DNA of 64,000 bases from an uncultured virus (IMG/VR IMGVR_UViG_3300044953_000168) (taxonomy: Duplodnaviria > Heunggongvirae > Uroviricota > Caudoviricetes), in IMG/VR virus record IMGVR_UViG_3300044953_000168; one strand, written 5' to 3'. Shown one piece after another: positions 55,244 to 64,000 of the stretch (its first letter is position 1; each line of letters starts with the position of its first letter). Position numbers and translations under genes: made by a program. Under the pieces are notes generated by a model, which saw nothing but the letters and a program-made list of their open reading frames with translations, was not told where the DNA came from and did no database searches.

Positions 55244-58213
55244 ATGAGCATATACACTAGACAATACCAGAAGGTGCTAGCAGCAGAACTGCTCCGTCAC
55301 CTACTCCTAGGTAAGCTTCCTGACATTAATGAAATGTCAAGGAGTCTAGATGCTGCTCTAGATAAGAACGGAAATGTAACTTACAGGTACACTCCCCAGG
55401 CCTTCAAGTCTATATTCAATAACGAGATATACAACAAGGCCATGAAGGCCATTAAGTTTGATATTGAAGTATTTCATGAGGACCTGATAGACATGTTCTC
55501 TAACTCTGTGTCTAGAGTTAACTTTGCTGATCTGTTCCACAAGGTTAACTCTTATGAGCTCAACAAGCTTCAGGCACAGCTAGAGTTACTACTGTTTACA
55601 GTTAAGGATGCTGACTTTTATTTCGATGGAGCCTTTGACACGTTCTCTGATCAGTCTAAAACTGATATGGCTGCATCCACTAAAGATATCCTGGACCTTT
55701 CCGAGGAATGTATAGCGCTGCCGTTCGGTGCTAAGAACGTTCAGCGAATAGATGTAAAAGATTTAGTGTCTCAGAACACTGTAGGTATTATTCCCTCTAA
55801 TCCTTCTATTATTCTGTCGAATAATCCCATACCAAATACCAAGTTTGGCAATTTATTTACTGATACATTATCTGTATGGGGACAGGAGATAATAACTTCT
55901 ACTAACGCTCCGTTGTCTATCTCTTTCTCTTTCCCTCTAAGAATATCGCCCAATATAGAGTCTGAGCTGTTTGTGTCTCGATTCGAGATTACTCCGCATG
56001 AGACTGATCCCCAGAACATTACTATCAGTACCTCAAACGACGACGTAAACTATATCAGTATCCTGGGGTATGAGCAAGGCATTGATCTTATAGATCAGAA
56101 AAAGACCTACGCGATGGACTTCGAGACTACCCTAGTTCAGTACGTTAGGGTAACGTTAACTAAGTCGGAAGCGGACGAAGAGATCCTAGATGGCAGCACA
56201 AAGAAATATAAGTACATTTTTGGACTAAAGAGGTTTGCTGCCTTCCAGACCGGCAGGTACAATCAGGCCACTTACTACAGTAACACTTTTAATTTCGGTA
56301 CCTCAGATGTTATAAACAAGGTATCTATAGATGCTGATCAGTTTATCCCTCCTGGATGTTCTATATCCTACGCAATAGCTGGGGTGAATTCTGCTGGTGG
56401 CGTAACGTCCTATATACCTATTAGTCCTATAGGAACAGATTCTGGAGTAGGGACTAACAAGGTTGTTACATTTAGTAGCATCCTAGAAAAGAAGAACAAG
56501 TTCATTGTACCCACCACAGGTACGGATAGTCCTGCTGTTTACGGAACCTCATTTCAAGGAAAGGACTTCTATAGAATCGGTCCGACGTTCTCGTCGACAC
56601 CAATCTTTGGACGTTCTAGACTCTATAGAGGATTCAAGTCATGGTACAGAGACACTAGTGGAAAGTTCGAAATAGTAAATATCAATGACAACTATTTAGA
56701 CTTTGCTACTAGTCCTTCCTCCAGTGTATATACTGTTACTACGGAGATTCCACAGGTAACTGCCCTTGGGACTAGTGCATCAGATGGTGCGTCCAGAACA
56801 AAGCTTACCCTTACGAAGCCGCCATATTTTATGACGTCTAAGGGACACTCTCCTTACCCTCCGGCTGGAGAAGATCCTTTCTTAGATCCGCAGCCTAAGT
56901 TTGCAGTTTACAAAATCCAGATTAAGGAGATATCCACAAGACAGACTAGGCAGTTTGCGCTAGGCCAGAACAGACTACAGTACCTTCCTTTCTCTACGTT
57001 TATACTACAGGGCGCAGCAGCTGACCTACCTATCCTCAGATTCTATCCTTCTGGGGTCCCATTGATTAATGGAGTAGATATAACTTATGAGACCGAGACC
57101 ATAGGAGGAGTTGTGAAGCCCACTGGCAGAATCAACATTCCAGATGGGTCCTCGCTCCTAGGCAGTAATAACACAGTCCTACCGGGCATCACCCTGGAGT
57201 TTGTCTATACAGTAGACACCGATATAACAAGTAGGATAGAAAGTATATTAGGGAATGATATAGTCTTAAAGCATACCATCTTAAGTGAACTTGACGGTAT
57301 ACAGGTAACATATCGATATGTACCAGGTCGTCCGGACCAGATACTGAAATCGTCTATTCAGGTATACAATAGTCTAAATCCATCCAACCGAATATTCTAC
57401 AAAGAAGGTGTAGACTTCATTGTAAATGAATCTATTGGTGTCATACAAAAAGTACCCACGGGAAGAATAGGAGACATAGCCTATATCAAGTATTCCTATA
57501 GGAGCAGTGACTCGTCCCTAAATACATTCACAATGTGGGCCTATGTATCCGGAGACTCGGGTACCCAGATAAAGTTTGACCTAGACCCTTCTTCTAAGAA
57601 GAACCGTCTTCAGGTAGATTCAGCCGCTGGCGAAGCCTTCTATGTTAATACTAAAAACGGTATCGTAAACCTTACTAACTCTTCTAGTACTCCAGTTATG
57701 TCACAGGGTTGGGTGCAATTTATTGTCAGATCCTTAGATCCAACTAGAAACGTAGCCTTCCGATCTAACCTTATAGATCAGGTTATACAGATGAAGGACG
57801 TTAATAAAAAGAAGATATTCAACGCCTTCAACTTCTATTTCAATGAGCTAACCGCATTCCGAGAACCAATGGTAGAGAAGACACTTAATCACCTTAAGGT
57901 AAATACTCTACTTAATGATCACAGTAGCTTTGCTATAGATAGCATAACGGATCCACTGAACAGCTATCTAGTTCTTAATTTTAAGCCAAATGAAACCACA
58001 GAACTGTATAGCAAGGTGCCCACTGCGGACGCAGACGAGTCTTCTCCGCCCAGCAGCTCTAATGAGGAGTTCCTGCTGGAGTGGTCAGAGCAGCCACTTT
58101 CCGATAGCAGACCTGTAGGAATTAAAGTAAAGATAGGTCTAGTTAGAGAACCAAATTCAGATGGTTCATTGACCCCGAAGGTGTTTAAGTACAATCTCAG
58201 AGTTGGATCATGA
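55244..58213 (+). CDS. Virion structural protein, paralog family member 3 (989 aa)
   Basis: EIYNKAMKAIKFDIEVFH, YVRVTLTK...YKYIFGLKRF and C-terminal LTPKVFKYNLRV. Confidence 0.65.
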   Translation: MSIYTRQYQKVLAAELLRHLLLGKLPDINEMSRSLDAALDKNGNVTYRYTPQAFKSIFNNEIYNKAMKAIKFDIEVFHEDLIDMFSNSVSRVNFADLFHKVNSYELNKLQAQLELLLFTVKDADFYFDGAFDTFSDQSKTDMAASTKDILDLSEECIALPFGAKNVQRIDVKDLVSQNTVGIIPSNPSIILSNNPIPNTKFGNLFTDTLSVWGQEIITSTNAPLSISFSFPLRISPNIESELFVSRFEITPHETDPQNITISTSNDDVNYISILGYEQGIDLIDQKKTYAMDFETTLVQYVRVTLTKSEADEEILDGSTKKYKYIFGLKRFAAFQTGRYNQATYYSNTFNFGTSDVINKVSIDADQFIPPGCSISYAIAGVNSAGGVTSYIPISPIGTDSGVGTNKVVTFSSILEKKNKFIVPTTGTDSPAVYGTSFQGKDFYRIGPTFSSTPIFGRSRLYRGFKSWYRDTSGKFEIVNINDNYLDFATSPSSSVYTVTTEIPQVTALGTSASDGASRTKLTLTKPPYFMTSKGHSPYPPAGEDPFLDPQPKFAVYKIQIKEISTRQTRQFALGQNRLQYLPFSTFILQGAAADLPILRFYPSGVPLINGVDITYETETIGGVVKPTGRINIPDGSSLLGSNNTVLPGITLEFVYTVDTDITSRIESILGNDIVLKHTILSELDGIQVTYRYVPGRPDQILKSSIQVYNSLNPSNRIFYKEGVDFIVNESIGVIQKVPTGRIGDIAYIKYSYRSSDSSLNTFTMWAYVSGDSGTQIKFDLDPSSKKNRLQVDSAAGEAFYVNTKNGIVNLTNSSSTPVMSQGWVQFIVRSLDPTRNVAFRSNLIDQVIQMKDVNKKKIFNAFNFYFNELTAFREPMVEKTLNHLKVNTLLNDHSSFAIDSITDPLNSYLVLNFKPNETTELYSKVPTADADESSPPSSSNEEFLLEWSEQPLSDSRPVGIKVKIGLVREPNSDGSLTPKVFKYNLRVGS

Positions 58214-58428
58214 GTGATGAAATCTTTCTAGAAGAAATTCTACTTGGCTTTCTTAGATCAAGCAAGAAGGTAGTATTGTCTAATCTCGATAAAAAGGAAG
58301 GGACTGATGCTTATGACGTTACAGTATCTTTTACTGTAGCAAAGGACTTTGCATCAACCCTTGCTAATAGTTTGAATAATCAGTTTTCTGATTTCTTTAA
58401 TAAGAACAATGAACAGCGAGCTACTTAA
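58210..58428 (+). CDS. Hypothetical protein (72 aa)
   Basis: ATGA-coupled small ORF filling the gap before the holin-like gene. Confidence 0.5.
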   Translation: MSDEIFLEEILLGFLRSSKKVVLSNLDKKEGTDAYDVTVSFTVAKDFASTLANSLNNQFSDFFNKNNEQRAT

Positions 58429-58702
58429 AAGCAAGAAGTTTAGAACGGCCGTTATTGCGGCCCTTAGCTCTCTCCTTACTTTCCTTGTAAGTAAGTTTGG
58501 ACTAAACTTAAATGTTGACGAGATCATCGCCTTGGTAACTGTATTAGTTACCCCCTTCCTAATCTACATCGGTGCTGAGGGTGTCAGTGAGATCCAGGCC
58601 AAGAAGGTAGTAGAAGAGAACAAGGTCCGAGAGAAGATAAGCGAGGAACTCCTCCGGTCTATGATAGATCAAAATAATGATGCGCTCGCAAATGAGAAGT
58701 AA
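58409..58702 (+). CDS. Holin-like small membrane protein (97 aa)
   Basis: LLKSKKFRTAV start, two hydrophobic helices, YIGAEGVSE and a charged C-terminal tail. Confidence 0.65.
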   Translation: MNSELLKSKKFRTAVIAALSSLLTFLVSKFGLNLNVDEIIALVTVLVTPFLIYIGAEGVSEIQAKKVVEENKVREKISEELLRSMIDQNNDALANEK

Positions 58703-58712
58703 GGATACGACT

Positions 58713-58955
58713 ATGAAAAAGAAACTAATACCCCTAGTAATGGCCTGCCTTTTTCTGGCTGGCTGCACCTGCACAGAGTTCAAGGCCTACGTTATAGCTG
58801 ACCGTCTTAACTATAACGCTGACGTTGCGCTAAAAACCTCTCTGATCGACCAGGCGAGTAATATCTCCCAGGAAGACAAGGACACGTTTAAGGCCCGTCT
58901 ACAGGCTAAGGAACAGGCTATAACAGAAGCAGAAAAGCTTCTAGGAATTAAGTAA
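58713..58955 (+). CDS. Small lipoprotein (80 aa precursor)
   Basis: MKKKLIPLVMACLFLAG-C type II signal peptide/lipobox. ATG 58713 is preceded by TAAGGA (SD-like) and is preferred over the track start at 58677. Confidence 0.75.
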   Translation: MKKKLIPLVMACLFLAGCTCTEFKAYVIADRLNYNADVALKTSLIDQASNISQEDKDTFKARLQAKEQAITEAEKLLGIK

Positions 58956-58957
58956 CG

Positions 58958-59251
58958 ATGGATAAGTTTGAAGACATCCTCAAAGAGGAAGTTGGTAAAG
59001 CCATAGCTTCTATAGAGGGTCAAATTTCTGATCCTGTACAGAAGCAGGCCATCGTCCGCATGACGCAGCAGCTCGCCCTCCTACCGGCACGTATGGCCCG
59101 TGGGGACGACGTGACCGCCGTCTTTGCAAGCCTCCAGGCTGAGGCAGCCCTCAGAGGTGTCAGTGCCTCCATGAAGGCCCAGAAGGCCTTCCAAGATGCA
59201 TGGATGAATATTCTCTTCCGTGTAGCTACAGCGGCTCTTTCTAGTCTATAA
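58958..59251 (+). CDS. Small helical Ala-rich protein with amphipathic C-terminus (97 aa)
   Basis: Starts 2 nt after the lipoprotein gene; locally high GC. Confidence 0.65.
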   Translation: MDKFEDILKEEVGKAIASIEGQISDPVQKQAIVRMTQQLALLPARMARGDDVTAVFASLQAEAALRGVSASMKAQKAFQDAWMNILFRVATAALSSL

Positions 59252-59256
59252 CTTAA

Positions 59257-60573
59257 ATGTCTGATCTCAAAATCATAAATACTGTATCCGTTAGGCGACC
59301 CGCCAGATTTAGAGGTCAGCTCATTAGCGCTGACTATAACGACAGTCAGGAAGAGATAATAACGGATATCCAGGAGCTTAGCAATGTTGTCAATTCTTTG
59401 AACGCTAAGCTCACTAGGTCGATTCTTGTCTTAACGAACGAGAACGCCTACCTGCGCCGTCGGGTGGATGCACTACGGCAACAGCAGACATTCTTAGAGC
59501 AGTCTGCAATGAGAGCAGGGACCACAGCTTACAGGTTCATCGACTTCTCTAACACCGAGGGCATTTCGTTCCCTAACGGACTAGATGATAGTCGGTCAGC
59601 GATGCTCTCCTCCGAATACGGGGAGATTACTCTCCCTGCTACTTCCATAGAAAATAAGTTCTATGTAACTAGTCTATCGAGTAATAAGATAGTTAGTCCT
59701 CCTTTGAATATTACAGTAACTTCTATATTTGATAAAGGAGCGGGAGAAGGACTTACTAACTATGAGCGTGGTGGCATAGTCAACGCTGGCAATCCTGAGT
59801 ATGCCTTCAATGGTATTAACGAGCTATACTGGGTTCGTAAGGTTGAGTTCCCTATCGACTCGCCTATAGACCAAGTGGAGTGTGACTTGACTGTCACCAT
59901 CCCAGAAGGCAGTAGCTCAACTGCTAACCTGATAGAGGTTGTCCCATTCCCGAATGGATCCCTAGACGTAACCGAGCTGGCTACAGCTTCTGACCTTGGA
60001 AACAACTTTATCAGAGTTGATGGGTTCGAAGCTACCGATAACTTTGTAGCCAGACGATATCATTTCCCTGCTGCTGTTGTTGACCAAGTAAAGATAAGAC
60101 TTCGTCAGAGAAACTGGGTTGAGGAAAATGGAAAGAAAGTATTCTACTACGGCCTACAAGAGCTAAACGTAAAGCTTGTAGACTATGATAAATCCTATAC
60201 CCCTGGGTCGAGCTTTGGTACGAACAACTCGTTCATTTTGTATATACCTGCACCTAAGGGTACCGTATTCCGTGCTATTCAAAGCATAACAGCTACTCCA
60301 GACTTCTTAAAGGAAGACTTCAGTAAGCGCCACGTGCATGTTAGACTTTGTAGCTCTCTCGACTATAATAACTCTATACTATGGGATAGTGATACCCAGC
60401 TGCCGCCACAGCAGCAGGGAGCGTCATCTATATCTGTTAACTCAAGCGACCTGTATGCCTTTATTGAACTAAACTATGTAGCCAATACAGGTGGCGTGTT
60501 GTCCCCCTATACTGTTGGAACTACTCCTTATCTCCATGGCTTGGGGCTATCCTTTACTTTAGGATCCGCATGA
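59257..60573 (+). CDS. Virion structural protein, paralog family member 4 (438 aa)
   Basis: SADYNDSQEEIITDIQEL, AFNGINELYW, VKIRLRQ...FYYGLQEL and TPYLHGLGLSF. Confidence 0.65.
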   Translation: MSDLKIINTVSVRRPARFRGQLISADYNDSQEEIITDIQELSNVVNSLNAKLTRSILVLTNENAYLRRRVDALRQQQTFLEQSAMRAGTTAYRFIDFSNTEGISFPNGLDDSRSAMLSSEYGEITLPATSIENKFYVTSLSSNKIVSPPLNITVTSIFDKGAGEGLTNYERGGIVNAGNPEYAFNGINELYWVRKVEFPIDSPIDQVECDLTVTIPEGSSSTANLIEVVPFPNGSLDVTELATASDLGNNFIRVDGFEATDNFVARRYHFPAAVVDQVKIRLRQRNWVEENGKKVFYYGLQELNVKLVDYDKSYTPGSSFGTNNSFILYIPAPKGTVFRAIQSITATPDFLKEDFSKRHVHVRLCSSLDYNNSILWDSDTQLPPQQQGASSISVNSSDLYAFIELNYVANTGGVLSPYTVGTTPYLHGLGLSFTLGSA

Positions 60574-60574
60574 C

Positions 60575-61072
60575 ATGGTCGACCTTTCTGGAAGAGTCTC
60601 TACTCTTGAGTCTAGTATTCTTTTTTTGACTCAGGATCTCCTAAGAAAGGCATATCTTTCTGATCTATCTCAATTAAGTGCAAACTGGAATCAGCAATTA
60701 GATATTACTGAGAACAAGTATATAGAGCTAAACAAGGACCTACAAGAACTACAGAACCTATATTCAAATCTATACTTAGGTGATAGTGCAGGTTTTGATG
60801 ATCCTGGTAGCACTTCATATATAGCTGAATCTTTTGAAACAATAAGCAAAAATCTAAAACAGTATAACTCCACATATATTTATAGTGGAGAGTATTTATC
60901 AGGAGTAAGATATAAGCTATCTTCTTCTAATTTTATATTAAAGAGGTTCTTCTATAACTCCAGCGGAGTTCTACAAAAAATAGAACTTACTGGATTCCCA
61001 GTACCTAGCGTCTCCCTTAACAAAAACTTACTGTACTCTGGTAGTACATTAACTGGAATTACCTACAACTAA
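60575..61072 (+). CDS. Phage structural protein, coiled coil + small beta domain (165 aa)
   Basis: N-terminal heptads; C-terminal FETISKNL...YNSSGVLQKI...YSGSTLTGITY beta-hairpin repeats. Confidence 0.55.
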   Translation: MVDLSGRVSTLESSILFLTQDLLRKAYLSDLSQLSANWNQQLDITENKYIELNKDLQELQNLYSNLYLGDSAGFDDPGSTSYIAESFETISKNLKQYNSTYIYSGEYLSGVRYKLSSSNFILKRFFYNSSGVLQKIELTGFPVPSVSLNKNLLYSGSTLTGITYN

Positions 61073-61081
61073 GATAGCAAT

Positions 61082-61609
61082 ATGGCACAAACATATCGAG
61101 CAGTCGTAACTGGTACCGCGTTCGCTTCATCCAAGTCAATGCTAACGATCTGGAATGGATCTGGCTCGGGAAGAATTGTACGTGTGAAAAGAGTCTGGGT
61201 TCTTAATAACCAGACAGCTGGTGTTACCGGCGTTCTTACTACATTTGAGCTCAGAAGAATCTCTAACTCATCTGGTGGAAGTGCTGGCGCCTCGGTCAAA
61301 CATGACAGTAACTCCGAAGCCATCCCGGCACAGATAACGATCACTTCGGGAGCAACGGATACCCTAACAGGTGATCCTGCTCTTATGAAGTTCATGTGGT
61401 CTAACGACGAACCTGCTGCGTCTACGCTCACAAACGATGAAACAGAGTGCATACCTGTATTGTCCTGTGTGTTTGATGCTGCAACAGGAGATGCTGATCT
61501 AGAGCCCTTAGTTCTTAGAGAGACCCAGGGACTGTCTGTTCGACATACAGGGTCCTCGGCGGTAGGCATTGCAGACGTTATAGTCGAATTCACAATGGCG
61601 GCGTCCTAA
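61082..61609 (+). CDS. Phage structural protein, single jelly-roll-like domain (175 aa)
   Basis: LTIWNGSGSGRIVRVKRV...KHDSN...EPLVLRETQGLSV pattern. Confidence 0.6.
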   Translation: MAQTYRAVVTGTAFASSKSMLTIWNGSGSGRIVRVKRVWVLNNQTAGVTGVLTTFELRRISNSSGGSAGASVKHDSNSEAIPAQITITSGATDTLTGDPALMKFMWSNDEPAASTLTNDETECIPVLSCVFDAATGDADLEPLVLRETQGLSVRHTGSSAVGIADVIVEFTMAAS

Positions 61610-63018
61610 TGGTAAAACGGCAATACAGAGCAGCGGGAATAGCTTCATGGCAAGCCATGGCTGGCAACGCTCTGCTTGCCGTTGTGAACAAGTCTACCTC
61701 GGATAGGCGCCTAATAATCAATTCGTTAGAACTATATAATGTTAGTATCCCGATAGCTGCTGGACTGGTGAACATAGTTATTGGTAGATCTACTACAGGC
61801 GGAGGTACAGCTATCTCACTAACAAAAATGGATAGCAATGCATCTCTGCCTAGTGGTATAGAGGTTCGTGTAGGGTCCGGATCTACTATAAGTGGAATTA
61901 TTAAGTCCACTACCTGGTATAAGAACTTTAGCCAGGGTGGCCAACCTATTCCACAGAGATGGGGATCCGGAGTTGCTTACACTCAGTATGTCGATCAGTC
62001 CTTTAAAGACACCAGCGTAGAAGCTATTGTTCTCCGTAATGGAGAAAGTATGGCGGTTACAGTAGGAGCGGGTACTACATCTACTAACTTGTTTAGAGTC
62101 AGTGGTAAGCTCGTAGTGGCGGGGTCCCCTAATAGGACCTATCTATTCTCTCAAGACATAGATAGTATGGGGATAGGTTGTGATTTAATATCTATAGTTA
62201 ACGGATCTGTGTCAAGCGTAGTACATGTTAAAAATCTGAACATCCAAGAGATAGGTACATTCGATACGCCATACTTACAGGTAGTACCTATTGGGGCCGT
62301 GAGCGCTGATGACTTGGCCGATACTACTAAATATGTAAACATGATGGCCATGGATAGTAACTATGGCGCTTTTGACACCACTAAATGTCTTATACTTAAT
62401 AATTGTAGTCTTTCGCCTTACGGGGTGCCATTCTCTTACCTATCCGAGGCTTCTACTCTTACTCCCAAGGGGTATAACTATCTACATACCAAGGACTTTA
62501 TTGGGCCTTCGTTCTTTACGTGCTTTACTGAATTTTCAACCTATAGCTCTGCTACTGCAGTAGATACCAGATTAAGCAACACATATAATCACGGGATGAC
62601 GATCATTACACCTCGTGATCCGATTGTTGTTAGGCCCGGAGAGGGGATCGCAGTCGTGTCCGCTGCAGAAACCGCAGCAGTGACAACTGCTATAGGTACA
62701 GCTGCATGGATGGCTATAGACTTTGGTATTACTGTTTCTACTAAACCCCTGTATGATCCTGTAGTAGCTATTACAGGGCTACTCTCTGGATCAGATATTG
62801 TGATACTAACAGCAGGTACGACGACAGAGCTACTAAACGTAGACTCCCACGGCTCTACAAGCTACTCATGGTCTTATGACCCTGACGTGATAGCCGCTAT
62901 AGATATATGTATATATAAGGCAGGATACATTCCTTATATAATAAGAAACTATTCTCCCGGATCATCGGGTGGATCAGTTATTGTTTCTCAGACCGCAGAC
63001 AGAGCTTATATCCCATAA
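61609..63018 (+). CDS. Phage structural protein with two copies of the preceding domain plus a C-terminal beta domain (469 aa)
   Basis: KMDSN...AIVLRNGESMAV and AMDSN...PIVVRPGEGIAV repeats; TAATG-coupled. Confidence 0.6.
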   Translation: MVKRQYRAAGIASWQAMAGNALLAVVNKSTSDRRLIINSLELYNVSIPIAAGLVNIVIGRSTTGGGTAISLTKMDSNASLPSGIEVRVGSGSTISGIIKSTTWYKNFSQGGQPIPQRWGSGVAYTQYVDQSFKDTSVEAIVLRNGESMAVTVGAGTTSTNLFRVSGKLVVAGSPNRTYLFSQDIDSMGIGCDLISIVNGSVSSVVHVKNLNIQEIGTFDTPYLQVVPIGAVSADDLADTTKYVNMMAMDSNYGAFDTTKCLILNNCSLSPYGVPFSYLSEASTLTPKGYNYLHTKDFIGPSFFTCFTEFSTYSSATAVDTRLSNTYNHGMTIITPRDPIVVRPGEGIAVVSAAETAAVTTAIGTAAWMAIDFGITVSTKPLYDPVVAITGLLSGSDIVILTAGTTTELLNVDSHGSTSYSWSYDPDVIAAIDICIYKAGYIPYIIRNYSPGSSGGSVIVSQTADRAYIP

Positions 63019-63021
63019 TAT

Positions 63022-64000
63022 ATGGCCAAGATTACTGACCCAGATGACCTAAACGTAGGTACAGAAATTACGGTAGATACCGCAGCTAAGACGTTTACAC
63101 TTAACGTCGCAGGCAATCTTACCTCCGCAAAAGAAGGAGTAACCTTACAGGCGCTCTATTCTAAGTTTGTAGACTTGTGGCTTAGTGCTACATACAACAA
63201 GTATCCATTTCCAATGTACGTTATTGACTCGTTGTCTGGTCAGTACATCTTCGGATTTGATGGTACTTCCTACAGCGGATGGAAACCTGCTAACGACGCC
63301 ACTAGGCAGATGCTGCGTGACGGCGGATGGTCAGAATATTCTGTGGCTGGCGTGTTAAACAGGCAGTATGTAGGTATCGTGTCTCTCGGTAGTGTCAATA
63401 GCGGCGCTCAGCTATACTATATCAAGGCTACTACTGACGGGCCTAGTAACTTCACCTTCACGGATGCAGCCAACGAAGGTATCCAGGTATATGGTGACGC
63501 ATCAAACGGCAACTTTGATAAGCGTACTTACTTCAAAGGATTCGTAAGAGAGTATTCGAAGAAGTATAAAGACTCTACTCTCGATGACACCGCTAAGCCA
63601 GGAACGGGGGCATTCATTGTTAACCTCCTGCTGTCTAACGAAGACGATCTAAAAATTGGAGCTACTGACGTAGCTGCTACGGGATCTGCCCCGTACTCGG
63701 GCATAAACGTTTCCTATTTTACAGGTAATGTTCCTAAAATAATAGGTGGAACTCCATATAACTTCAATAAAGTTATTAATGGACAGAATGCTACTGCTGA
63801 ACAGATCTACACTAAGATTCAGTATCTTTTACGATTTACAGGAAATATTAATCATACAGGGACATATGGAGCTGTTACTGGCAAGGTAGCGAATTCTCTG
63901 CTGTCCTTTGTAGGAGATACACTATATACAGCTTCTGGTGTATACATAGATAACTATGATAATAACGACATTAACAGAATTGTTTTTACTACTAATACTA
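63022..64000 (+). CDS. Phage structural protein, 3'-truncated by window end (>=326 aa; absent from the ORF track)
   Basis: ATG lies 3 nt after the previous stop. Translated by hand as MAKITDPDDLNVGTEITVDT...LQALYSKFVDLW...YPFPM...MLRDGGWSE, with no stop to base 64000. Confidence 0.85.
   Translation, partial: MAKITDPDDLNVGTEITVDTAAKTFTLNVAGNLTSAKEGVTLQALYSKFVDLWLSATYNKYPFPMYVIDSLSGQYIFGFDGTSYSGWKPANDATRQMLRDGGWSEYSVAGVLNRQYVGIVSLGSVNSGAQLYYIKATTDGPSNFTFTDAANEGIQVYGDASNGNFDKRTYFKGFVREYSKKYKDSTLDDTAKPGTGAFIVNLLLSNEDDLKIGATDVAATGSAPYSGINVSYFTGNVPKIIGGTPYNFNKVINGQNATAEQIYTKIQYLLRFTGNINHTGTYGAVTGKVANSLLSFVGDTLYTASGVYIDNYDNNDINRIVFTTNT

Larger units (their letters stand above)
1..64000 (+). mobile_element. 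Segment of a large tailed bacteriophage genome (tail/baseplate morphogenesis region, likely contractile tail)
   Basis: All long ORFs are on the + strand and tightly overlapped. gp25-like and baseplate-J-like genes, many >900-aa structural-type proteins and a holin-like gene are present. No host housekeeping genes or integration boundary are visible. Confidence 0.93.

Noticed and set aside
835..62563. Numerous 60-180 aa minus-strand and alternate-frame ORFs in the track
   Set aside because: All lie inside long, coupled + strand genes and have no recognisable motifs; they are shadow ORFs, including the Pro-rich antisense ORFs of the Gly-rich repeat.
1..64000. Genome-wide stop-codon reassignment (TGA or TAG), as in some large phages
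   Set aside because: Standard code already gives near-complete coding density. TGA and TAG occur at coupled gene ends (ATGA, TGATG, TAGTG), and only one internal TGA was found.

Overview
The whole window is one co-directional (+ strand), almost gapless virion-morphogenesis region of a large tailed phage, probably with a contractile tail (gp25-like and baseplate-J-like genes). It has about 34 genes joined mostly by TAATG, TGATG or ATGA overlaps. Order: two tail-assembly-chaperone-like genes, a membrane-segment-rich tape-measure/ejection-like protein, a 1484-aa protein, a beta-helix protein, a 2135-aa hub-like protein, baseplate wedge genes, about 40 kb of very large tail/baseplate proteins with glycan-type domains, and a small holin/lipoprotein cassette. 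The main discovery is that the 1484-aa ORF (5306-9760) carries, in the right order and often with identical spacing, motifs of both the beta and beta' subunits of cellular two-barrel RNA polymerase. These include a DLDMD variant of the catalytic DFDGD loop, a bridge helix and a trigger loop, followed by a C-terminal hydrophobic anchor. It looks like a compact, divergent, single-chain and probably virion-delivered RNAP. Other notable points are a lone in-frame TGA in a 1603-aa reading frame, an apparently catalytically dead GH5-like barrel and a DUF6259-like barrel fused into tail proteins, and a four-member paralogous structural family with one member split in two. All family calls come from motif recognition by eye; no searches were run. 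No rRNA, tRNA, CRISPR array or IS element was seen.
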